A DNA stretch of 64,000 nucleotides from Octopus sinensis (taxonomy: Eukaryota): contig NC_043005.1 of the NCBI RefSeq assembly GCF_006345805.1, forward strand, positions 10,168,001 to 10,232,000. Direction: 5' to 3'. Made by a program: the position numbers and the translations under genes. How positions within the stretch are numbered: the stretch's first letter is position 1; each line of letters opens with the position of its first letter. The notes under the pieces are model-generated. The model searched no databases and was not told the DNA's origin. It saw nothing but the letters and a program-made list of their open reading frames with translations. This document shows, piece after piece, positions 53,639-64,000 of the stretch.

Positions 53639-54176
53639 GAGTGAGAGAGCAGTTCATGCCATCAAAGTGACACTGGGGTAAAATATACGAAGCCCAATAT
53701 ACCCATCATGACTACCCGTCTGATAAAGGTACACCAGGCACATGCATCACAACCATATGTGCGCGACATGGTGATCTCATATCAAGATAAACAGCACATG
53801 ACCTTGCAGGTGGGGCCCAGTTTGAATTTTCTTCAGTTGAGTAGCCCATCCCGCTCAAACGGTCCCCGAATAAGGGTTGTTTAAGGATGTTGAAAGAACC
53901 ACCCATGTTTCCAGAGGTGAACTATTCAAACCCCAAAGCATCCCTCTCAACACATGGCTATGATGCTCCCCCACTACTTCTGCTCGTGATCAGAGATGCA
54001 CATATCGTCAGCCACTAAGGGACATGCTCAACTGGTTAAGGTCAAACAACTGACAAGCAAATCTGTGGTATTGAGCAGAATATTTGCTGTAGCTCATCTT
54101 TTATACCAAGACAAAACAATGTACATGATAACACTTCCAATCAGTTAAGATCAGAAGCCATGAGAGCCACTGCCTG

Positions 54177-54222
<46 letters not shown>

Positions 54223-54258
54223 TTACTGCCTGGAATTGAACTCGGAATCTTGGGGTTA
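53445..54258 (-). mobile_element. HHR-carrying SINE-like element, minus copy, interrupted at its (AAT)n by another element
   Basis: Minus strand: tRNA-like ctaaccccaagattccGAGTTCAATTCCaggcagtaacctg, (AAT)n, body aaaataccttaggaatgagaacc, HHR at 53509-53554, tail (gtaaataat)n. Confidence 0.8.
53639..54176 (-). mobile_element. About 540-bp non-coding interspersed element inserted in (AAT)n
   Basis: Unique GC-richer block flanked on both sides by (ATT)n in the same phase; no long ORF. Orientation is inferred from the apparent (AAT)n tail after ctgctctctcactc. Confidence 0.6.
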
Positions 54259-54262
54259 GTGA

Positions 54263-54318
<56 letters not shown>

Positions 54319-54500
54319 GTAATAACATCGAAAAATACCTTAGGAATGAGAACCCAGATTCGAAACCCCCCCCCCCAAGATACCTGATGAAGGCTGGAGG
54401 GTATATCAGCCGAAACGTTGTGTTAACAACAAACAAGATGAGGACAAATATCCGTCAAATGTAAATAATGTAAATAGTGTACATAATTCCTCATCTCTTA
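54259..54500 (+). mobile_element. HHR-carrying element, plus copy (inverted partner)
   Basis: gtgacctg(aat)n...catcgaaaaataccttaggaatgagaaccc...HHR...aacaaacaagatgaggacaaatatccgtcaaatgtaaataatgtaaata. Confidence 0.82.
54379..54424 (+). ncRNA. Minimal type-I hammerhead ribozyme motif
   Basis: gatac-CTGATGA-a-ggctg-gagggtatat-cagcc-GAAA-cg-TT-gtgtt: stem I gatac/gtgtt, stem II ggctg/cagcc, palindromic AACGTT in place of stem III. Activity is not shown. Confidence 0.72.
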
Positions 54501-55427
54501 AATAAGGAACTGTATTATCTAATTATTACATTACAAAACTGTTGTCGTGTACCTGCCAATATGTAACATCATTATTGGTTACAATTCAACACAAGTGGAT
54601 CTAACAACCTTGTATTGTTACAATTCAAGAAAGTAAGGATCTAAACGAAGGTGCATACGGCTGGCAATTGATACGCGGCATTATCCAGTTTAGAAGGGAA
54701 CTTCTAAAGTGGATAAAATTGTTATGAGTCTAATAGGGGGGCTAGATAAAATAAGTGCTGCTTGGGTGCAAATTGTGTATCTTCTAACAAATAGAGAAAA
54801 AGATGGGGTGGCAGATTTAAGAAAAAATGCCACCAGCTGTGAACTCAAACTATCAACTTTATGATGCTTAGTGCCTCATACAGAAAGAATTGTCGTGTAC
54901 TAGATATCAAAAATGGACAACATCATGGATATTTTTACAGAGATAGCAAACTTCATTGGAGCAGGAGGTCTGAACGACAAGCAGTCCAGTTGCTTTTTGG
55001 AAGGAAGTCTTGATCATAAACTGCCGTATCACACCGGCATTTGATCGTTAAATCGGAGTTTTAAAAGGTGGTATACCTCATTTGGAGCATGCAGTTTTGA
55101 ACTGCAGACAGTTTCAATGCTTTTTGGAAGAAAATCATAACCATAGACTGCTGTATTTCATCGATATTCACTGGTTGGATCAGAGGTAGTTTTGAAGCAG
55201 TCTTTTATGCACTTCAGTGTAAAATACACATATTCATGAAATACAAACGAAGGGTTGTGTAGGAACTGAAAGGCATTGGATAGGTTCAAGACTGAAATAT
55301 TCTAGGGCTTGGGTATCTACACTATATTTGACCAGCCAAAGCTTATGCGTATGGCACCCTGCTGTAGGGACATGGCCAGTGCCTTATGTTATACAGCTAA
55401 GTTATTGTATATGTGTGTATACATATG

Positions 55428-55493
<66 letters not shown>

Positions 55494-55819
55494 CATACGC
55501 ACACGCACACGCATACACATATACCCACACACACATATATATATATATATATACTTGTATAAAATAAAAAGGAAAAGAAAATGGCATTTGCCGCTCTACT
55601 CTTGAAGAGTGATGCCTAACTTTAACAATTTCATCTGGGCTCGTCGTTAGTCGCACACGTATGAAGCCATACACACATTACCTATAAATATCGTTATTGC
55701 ATAAGTTATAGCCATCTTGAAACAGCTGTCGAGATTAGACTTTAATATTCATTTATGTATTTATATATACATGCATACTAACATATATATACATATACAT
55801 GCAAACACATATACTTACA

Positions 55820-55851
<32 letters not shown>

Positions 55852-56306
55852 CTATAGAGAGAGAGAGAGAGAATAATTGTGGATTACACAATACACTTCT
55901 AAGACGCACACACACATATTATTGAAGCAGTGCACAATTCCTGATTATTCTCTTCTTAACTTTCGACATAGAAACACGAAAATGTGTATATATAAGGAAG
56001 CCAACTAATTTTATGTATGACGTGTAAAACGTAAAGCAATACTCTACGCTGTATCTTACATTAAACGACTTCGCTGATCAATAGACGTTTAGGTATTCAG
56101 CTAGCAAAAAGCACTTACATGTAATTCACTTGGAATATGGATATTTCATGATATATTATACATTTACCGTTGGAAATAAGTATAAAAGACATTCCTTTTG
56201 AAATACGTATCTCTTCTTAAACATATAAATGTTTGTGTATCTCCGGCTTTTATTCAACTCTGACTTTATTATATTCAAATATGAATGCACTTCTAATATT
56301 ACAATA

Positions 56307-56333
56307 TCATACATACATACATACATATATACA

Positions 56334-56367
<34 letters not shown>

Positions 56368-56737
56368 CATACATACATACATACATACATACATACATAC
56401 ATACATACATACATACATACATACATACATACATACATACATACATACATACATACATACATACATCATACATACATACATACATACACACAATCACATA
56501 CATACATACATACATACATACATACACACAATCACATACATACATACATACGTACATACATACATATATACATACATACATACATACCTACATACATACA
56601 TATATACATACATACCTACATACATACATATGTACATACCTACATACATACACACATACATGCACACAATCACATACATACATACATACATACATACATA
56701 CATACATACATACATACATACATACATACATACATAC
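56307..56737. repeat. (CATA)n microsatellite
   Basis: Direct reading. Confidence 0.98.
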
Positions 56738-57210
56738 AGGCATATTTTATATAAACATAGCTATGTCTATATATATTGGTACGTATGTTCTTTGTCGAAC
56801 ATAAACATGAATATTCAATATTTGCTAATCAAAAACCTGTACAGAGTCTAATGTAGATATGCAATAATGTAAAACGAGCAATAATCAGTTTTGCAAGCTC
56901 AATCCTAAAAATGTTCATACTCTTAGCTTAATATCAAATCCCTTCTTTATTGGTATTTATATGATTTCACGTCATCAACCATGTGACTGACTTTTCATGG
57001 CTCGTTCCATTATCCGTCAACACGTTTCACGTACTGTTGAATACATTCATCCGAACAAGACTAGCTGTTCGAAACGTTTTGATGTTTTCTTTCTTTCATT
57101 TTGTGCTTTTAATGTGAATTACTACACGCATAATATATACACATACACATACACGCATACGTACACGCATACATGAATATATATCGACCTAACACACACA
57201 TATATACATA

Positions 57211-57735
57211 CAGTAATGCCTCGATATATGAGTTAATTTATTCCCGGAGAACGCTCGTAAAACGAAAACTCGTAAAGCTGAGCAATAATTTCCTATAGTA
57301 GCAATGTTCTAAGTCGTAATTATTTTACCTAATTTATAATACTCGTAAATAAATGGCGGTAAAAAGTAGAATGTAAAGAACATTTTATGTAAAGTAAAAA
57401 GAATGTCAAGATCATTTATAATAAAAAAAAATTATTATAATCGTTTTCTGAATCACTTTCACTCGCACTAGACTCCCGTACACCATCACTTGTAGACGCG
57501 ATTGCCGATTCACAAGCACTCGTGGACAGACTTGTAGATTTCTTTTTTAAAAATAAGTCTAGATTTGTTTGCTTAGAAGAGGCTGCTTTTCGCTCTGTAT
57601 AGATTTCTCGGTAACACACAGAAGCATTTGTTTTGGTAGTAGAAACTTTTGCACTTCGTTCAAAATTTGGATCTTGTACTTGAAAAGTTCATTATAAAAT
57701 AAAACTCGGGGGTCTTGTAAAGTGAAGTATTACTG
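57211..57735 (-). mobile_element. Internally deleted Tigger element
   Basis: TA-cagtaatgcctcgatatatgag / cttgtaaagtgaagtattactg-TA; minus strand FQVQDPNFERSAKV...CYREIYTERKAASSKQTNLDLFLKK resembles a Tigger transposase C-terminus. Confidence 0.85.
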
Positions 57736-57997
57736 TATTTATATATATACACACACATATATTAATGGTCTCTTAGTTAAGGTACAATGAAAAGAGAACA
57801 TAGGCACCTTAATTGAAGGCAATCAATAAACATGATAGATCGATAAACAATGAAATAAAAGAAATCCTATCCACATTCCTGTAGGCTCCCGGTTTTGTGT
57901 TCACATGAGAAACCAGACCTACACTCAGAAAACAGGAATTGTAAGATAACAGTCACACACACCACCCTATGCATAAATAGTAATGATAACTATAATA

Positions 57998-58387
57998 TCT
58001 TTATATATAAAAGAGAGGTTGTGTGCTGTCTGTCTCCTACGATTTAGATTCCTTACAACTCCCACATTTTGCGGTGCAGTTTAACCAAAACCGGGTATCT
58101 TATAGTCGTGATTCATATCGAGCCCTTCTGGGTATTAGCGCGCGTCTACGATGAGTCTTCGATTTAAAAAAAAAATTACCATCAATTTTTCCCATGCATT
58201 TTTGGCATATATAAGGGAAGTAACTCTTTAAAAATTTATTATTAAATCTCAGAACGTAAAAAGCTACAGTAACACCCCCCCCTTTGTGGTTAGCCATATT
58301 GAGATGGCTATTATACTTTACATCTCTAAAAATGCTTATATAGTTATTTCCCTTACAAACCCGAACAACGCCGGGCGATACTGCTAG
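57998..58387 (+). mobile_element. Non-autonomous Helitron, family H1, complete
   Basis: a|TCtttatatataaaag ... cccgaacaacgccggg cgatactgCTAG|t. Confidence 0.88.
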
Positions 58388-58394
58388 TAATAAT

Positions 58395-58690
58395 TAATTC
58401 ATTTATTGGCCACAAGGTCTTACATAAAATTACTTTAAAACACATAAAGCAACATAAAAGACAAAAACAGGACGATACAATGGGTTCTACAATGTGTAAA
58501 CCGTCTAATAACACTTAAAAGTAAGCAATTTAAAACTCCCAATAAGGGAGGCACATTAAGGACCTCGGGAAAAAACCCCACAAAAGTCACGGGTGCCTGA
58601 ACAACAGGGCAGGAGCCCGTTTCCCTTTGTTAACAGGTGCACGCTCGGAATTGGTCCTTTCACACTGGCCCTTCTTCCAACATTCACTCA
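58395..58690 (-). mobile_element. Probable L1/Tx1-like LINE 3' end
   Basis: Minus strand: short ORF tail (VNVGRRASVKGPIPSVHL), T-rich 3'UTR ending gaccttgtggccaataaa; no RT motifs present, so tentative. Confidence 0.45.
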
Positions 58691-58865
58691 CTGTTATATA
58701 ATAATAATATAAAGATACTTATATCGTCACCTCATAATTGTGAAGGTATGCTACTTTCTGCTTAAGGTATAGGCACATGTGTGTGTATTATATATTTACA
58801 TATTTTGGTACGTATACACTTCTATATAGAGTCTATATTATAGACATACTAGTAGATATAAATAC

Positions 58866-58898
<33 letters not shown>

Positions 58899-59261
58899 CA
58901 TAGGTGTGTGTGTCTGTGTGAGTATCCATTTATTCTTTTGTAGACTTGTGTGTATATGTATGCATTAATGCACATATATTTGTATCCTTTACTCACACAT
59001 AAACACTATTTCGTGGCTTTTATTGCTCCCTGGTTGACCTTTACCCCTTTATCAGTGTGTCCCAATAGTTTATGTAAATCAGCTGTCAACAACCTTTTCG
59101 CAATCAGTTCTCTGGCTTCCACTTTCCCTTCGACAACCTTGGGTAGAGGACTTTATTGCTAGCCCTATCCACTTCCTTTTTCCCTCTACCTAGCAGCATT
59201 CAGCTTCTTTTCGCTAAATGGCTATGGCTACAAACAACTACACCCACTGTTTTTCCATTGA

Positions 59262-59469
59262 TTCTTTCACTCTTTTACTTGTTTCAGTCATTTGACTGCG
59301 GCCATGCTGGAGCATCACCTTTAGTCGAGCAAATCGACCCGGGACTTATTCTTTGTAAGCCCAGAACTTTTTCTATCGGTCTCTTTTGCCGAACCGCTAA
59401 GTGACGGAGACGTAAACACACCAGCATCGGTTGTCAAGCAATGCAAGGGGGACAAACACAGACACACAA

Positions 59470-59517
<48 letters not shown>

Positions 59518-59677
59518 GACAGGCTTCTTTCAGTTTCCGTCTACCAAATCCACTCACAAGGCATTGGTCGGCCCGGGGCTATAGCAGAAGACACTTGCCC
59601 AAGATGCCACGCAGTGGGACTGAACCCGGAACCATGTGGTTGGTTAGCAAGCTACTTACCACACAGCCACTCCTGCG

Positions 59678-59679
<2 letters not shown>
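59262..59679 (-). mobile_element. SINE-A, full length
   Basis: Colinear with the other copies. Confidence 0.92.
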
Positions 59680-59710
<31 letters not shown>

Positions 59711-60417
59711 TGATTTGATTTTTTCCTTCTCTTTTTTAACGACTGGCCATTCCCCCAAGCGCCATGTCAACTAAGAGACTAAGCAGAGACAACAGAAGCT
59801 GAAGATTAGCTTATCTGCCTTGGCATCTGTTACAATTTATTTAACAAATATCATTTTGCTATGAAACGGTCACAGTCCGAGCCTTACCGTTTGCATTCCT
59901 TACTTTTAGGATTCTTACTCATATTCTTAGTAGCTTTAGTTGCTAAAACCGTGATTTGAATGATGATCATCAGTTTATCGAAATTCCTTCTAATTCCGAT
60001 ATAAGAAGCATGTAACTTACGATGCGAAACATGTTTTATTGTGTATTGTCCAGTTTTTGTCATTTGTATTACTTGAAGCTTACTACCATCGTACACTTGG
60101 ATTACCTAGATCGTGTATATACATACATAGATGCATACATACATACATATATAATATACATATATACATATATATTATATATATATATATTATATATATA
60201 TACATACATACATACACACACACATATATATATATGTATATATACTTATATATACATATATACATATATACCTATATATACACACACACATTATATATGT
60301 ATATGTGTGTGTGTATGTATGTATGTATGTATGTATGTATGTATGTATGTATGTATGTATGTATGTATGTATGTATGCATATATAAGGTTGAAAAATAAC
60401 ACACGAGTTGATATACA

Positions 60418-61462
60418 TGGAAAAATAGTCAAGGTAGAAAATACTAAAATAATTTTATAAAAAACATTTCAGTACCGGTTTCAGTCATTGAGACTTTTTT
60501 CAACTGTAAGTATAGAAAACAATTAAATTTTGGAAAGATTAAAAGAAAATTTTTTTTTAAAGAATATTTGCGTAGTATTCAAATACAAGGGGCATTTTCC
60601 TTGTTTCTGCCTGTCTCTGTCTCTCTTGTTTACGCTTGTGGGTTCGAGGTCGTTGTGAATTATTGGTAGGGAGGAAGAAGAAGAAGAAGAAGAAGAAGAA
60701 AAGAAGAAGAAGAAGAAGAAGAAGAAGAAGAAGAAGAAGAAGAAGAAGAGAAGAAGAAGAAGAAGAAGAAGAAAGAAGATGCGAGAGTGTCATGATAGTA
60801 GTAGGATGTTAAATGGTCAAGTGCCCTGCAAGTGACTTGTTGTGGATGGTGGTAGTGATTGAATTCTTGAGACATCTCATTTGAATGTATTGTTTATAAA
60901 ATTTGCGTAGGTGTTATTCTAAACAGAAATAGTAGTAAAGTTAGGAGGGATGTGGCGGAGAGGAAGAAGACGGAGAAGAAAGAGAAAGAGAAGGAAGAAT
61001 AATAAAAGAATGCAGGTGGTATGATAGTACTAGGATGTTAAATGGTCAAGTGACCTAAAAGTGACTCGTTATGGATTATAGCAGTGATTGGGACTGTCTT
61101 TTAATGAATTCTTGGTAATCTCTTGAGTGTATCATTTTTTATATTTGCGTCTGTGCGTGTGTTATTCTAAGGCCGTGGTGGATATGTCGTTTATTGTAGA
61201 TGCGTTCAAAAGGAGTCTTCCTTGCCAAGAATTCACAACGACCTCGAACCCACAAGAGTAAACAAGAGAGAAACAGGCAGAAACAAGGAAAATGCCCCTT
61301 GTATTTGAATACTATGCAAATATTCTTTTAAAAATCATTTCTTTTAATTTTTCCAAAATTTAATTATTTTCCATACAGTTGAAAAAGTCTCAATGACTGA
61401 AACCGGTACTGAAATGTTTTTTTTATAATATTATATTAGCATTTTCTACCTTGACATTTTCC

Positions 61463-61466
<4 letters not shown>
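60418..61466. mobile_element. Inverted pair (about 250-bp arms, 60418-60676 and 61217-61466) of a Penelope-like repeat with U3-A8 HHR motif
   Basis: Arms are reverse complements; motif cag-TTGAAAA-agtc-tcaat-gact-GAAA-ccgg-TA-ctg at 61376-61411 (+) and 60469-60506 (-); spacer has (GAA)n and a diverged direct repeat of about 140 bp (60787-60925, 61017-61170). Confidence 0.8.
60672..60778. repeat. (GAA)n microsatellite
   Basis: Direct reading. Confidence 0.96.
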
Positions 61467-61510
<44 letters not shown>

Positions 61511-61560
61511 CTGTGTGTGTGTGTGTGGTGTATGTATGTATGTATGTATGTATATATATA

Positions 61561-61595
<35 letters not shown>

Positions 61596-61721
61596 AGAGG
61601 GAGAGAGAGGGAGTAACAATCTAAGAAAAAGAAATCCTTCAAATGGGTGTGTTAAACATCCAATTCACTGGTACATCAGTTGGATACCATATAAATATTG
61701 GTATAATTCAATTATAAACAT

Positions 61722-61882
61722 AAAATATAGATATACTATTGACAATCCAATAATTTATTTATATTACAATATTACATTAAACACTATAAATATAATATAA
61801 CGTAATATTATTTTCATAGGGTTTAATGTAATATTGTAATATAAATAAATTATTGGATTGTCAATAGTATATCTCTATATTT
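61722..61882. repeat. AT-rich foldback, about 60-bp near-perfect arms
   Basis: aaaatatagatatactattgacaatccaataatttatttatattacaatattacattaaac and its reverse complement at 61822-61882. Confidence 0.88.
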
Positions 61883-61907
61883 TATCTTCATATATATATA
61901 TATATGC

Positions 61908-61945
<38 letters not shown>

Positions 61946-62069
61946 ATGTATGTATGTATGTACACATTGGTCGTCACATATTACAGCATTCATTTCGCCT
62001 GCACCGTGGAAAAAGCTGTGGTTCTATATTACACATTAGTTTCTAACATGTTTTTAAATATATAAAAGA

Positions 62070-62100
<31 letters not shown>

Positions 62101-62126
62101 TATATATATAATATATATATATATAT

Positions 62127-62169
<43 letters not shown>

Positions 62170-62176
<7 letters not shown>

Positions 62177-62390
62177 GTGTTGTGTTTGTCCCCCTAGCAT
62201 TGCTTGACCACCGATGCTGGTGTGTTTACGTCCCCGTCACTTAGCGGTTCGGCAAAAGAGACCGATAGAATAAGTACTGGGCTTACAAAGAATAAGTCCC
62301 GGGATCGATTTGCTCGACTAAAGGTGGTGCTCCAGCATGGCCGCAGTCAAATGACTGAAACAAGTAAAAGAGAAAAGAGAAAAAGAGAAT
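62170..62390 (+). mobile_element. SINE-A, 3' half only
   Basis: Begins at the internal (TA)/(TG) tract: gtttgtcccctagcattgcttgacc...aagtaaaagagaaaagag. Confidence 0.88.
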
Positions 62391-63240
62391 ATAAATGAAT
62401 ATTTTCGCACACGATAATTGTGTATTATATCGAGGCCAAGAACTAGTCTTACTTTTCATCTTAAACAGTTATTAAACATTTATTCAAATCTGCAAGCTTT
62501 CGGTCTTTTCCGAACTATATATTTTCATTACAAAGCCAAATTACACAATTTGAAAGTAAAACAAATAATTACTAATTTACCTCGTATTCAACTCATAATC
62601 ATGATAACATTCCGTTTGAACGAGTATTTCCACTTTGAAGGTTTTGTTGGGACGTTGTCAAAATTTAGAGTCGTATTCCTACAGTTATAGATATCAATTG
62701 ACCTGTCTTCCGTATCAACAAATATACAAATCGAGTATAAAACTTTAAAATTGGAAATTGCACTGACGCGACCTATAATAATATTGAAGTATATATGGAA
62801 TTGGAATATGATTAAATATAAAAGCAAGACACTAATTACAATTATTTTGTTGCTTAAGGTAACGTATTTCGTTGCAATGACTGAAAATAATATCCTCATT
62901 CAAATTTAAAAGGGAATAATGGACATGGTTGTGTATAAATGTTACGTGTGTTTCGGATAGGAATGTATGTGTGAAAGAATGAATGTACGAGCATAAATAT
63001 ACATGAATGTATATGTATATGAGAATATATGATTGTATGTATGTATGTATGTATGTGTACATACACATATATATTCTCATATACATATACCTTCATGTAT
63101 ATTTATGTTTGTACATTTATATATATATAATATATATGTGTGCTTGTGTGTATATGTATATATATATACATACATAAATACATATATATATATATGTATA
63201 ATATATATAACATATATATATATGTATATATATATTATAA

Positions 63241-63281
<41 letters not shown>

Positions 63282-63307
63282 TATAGATATAATATATATT
63301 ATATATA

Positions 63308-63718
63308 GGCGCAGGAGTGGCTTGTTTGGTAAGTAGCTGCTAACCAACCACATGGTTCCGGGTTCATCCCACTGCGTGGCACCTTGGGCAAGTGTCTTCT
63401 GCTATAGCCCCGGGCCGACCAATGCCTTGTGAGTGGATTTGGTAGACGGAAACTGAAAGAAGCCTGTCGTATATGTGTATATATATATGTATTTATGTGT
63501 GTGTATTGTTTGTGTGTCTGTGTTTCCCTTTAGCATTGCTTGACAACCGATGCTGGTGTGTTTACGTCCCCGTCACTTAGCGGTTCGGCAAAGAGACCGA
63601 TAGAATAAGTACTGGGCTTACAAGAATAAGTCCCGGGTTCGATTTGCTCGACTAAAGGCGGTGCTCCAGCATGGCCGCAGTCAAAATGACTGAAACAAGT
63701 AAAAGAGTAAAAAGAGTA
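63308..63718 (+). mobile_element. SINE-A, full length
   Basis: ggcgcaggagtggcttgtttggtaag...tgactgaaacaagtaaaagagt. Confidence 0.92.
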
Positions 63719-63769
63719 TATAATATATATGAATATTTTTATGTACATGTAAATGCGAGGAGACAAAGA

Positions 63770-63771
63770 GA

Positions 63772-63851
<80 letters not shown>

Positions 63852-63870
63852 TATAAGATAGATAGATAGA
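63770..63870. repeat. (GACA)n(GATA)n microsatellite
   Basis: Direct reading. Confidence 0.95.
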
Positions 63871-64000
63871 TACATATGCATGTTTGTATGTTTACTTTTA
63901 TGTGTGTGCATATTCTTCACTCTTATTCGTAACTAGTTTCAGCTTCAGAATTGCAGCAACGATGGGGCACCGCCGTTTTCTTTGTATATACCCAAGCATA

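Noticed and set aside
54620-55400. Possible LINE ORF2 remnant
   Set aside because: Only a faint FKTE...DQP resemblance, with no consistent motif chain.
57040-57090. gaaca-agactagc-tgttc-gaaacgtt, an HHR-like 3' half
   Set aside because: No recognisable CUGANGA core or stem I; at best a fully decayed copy.

Overview
AT-rich, microsatellite-dense eukaryotic DNA with no supportable protein-coding host gene, tRNA or rRNA gene, or CRISPR array. It looks intronic or intergenic. The SINE families and repeat landscape suggest an octopus (coleoid cephalopod) genome; this is an inference from recognition, not a database result. Content: (i) about 35 copies of tRNA-derived SINEs in several families, named here SINE-A, -B, -C, -C', -D and -D2, including nested, tandem and chimeric copies; (ii) four non-autonomous Helitrons with TC...hairpin-CTAG ends; (iii) Tc1/mariner and Tigger/pogo remnants and MITEs; (iv) LINE 3' fragments (RTE, R4/Dong-like, CR1/L2-group, probable L1/Tx1); (v) several short repeats carrying minimal hammerhead-ribozyme (HHR) motifs of the Penelope-like-element type, three of them as outward-facing inverted pairs. 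The best candidate for an undescribed system is a SINE-like element at 53.4-54.5 kb that joins a tRNA-type B-box, an (AAT)n linker and a hammerhead ribozyme. It sits alongside natural HHR core variants (U3-A8, A6U, U4C). Nearly all ORFs in the supplied track are microsatellite or SINE artefacts. Coordinates of degenerate elements are approximate (about 10-20 bp).
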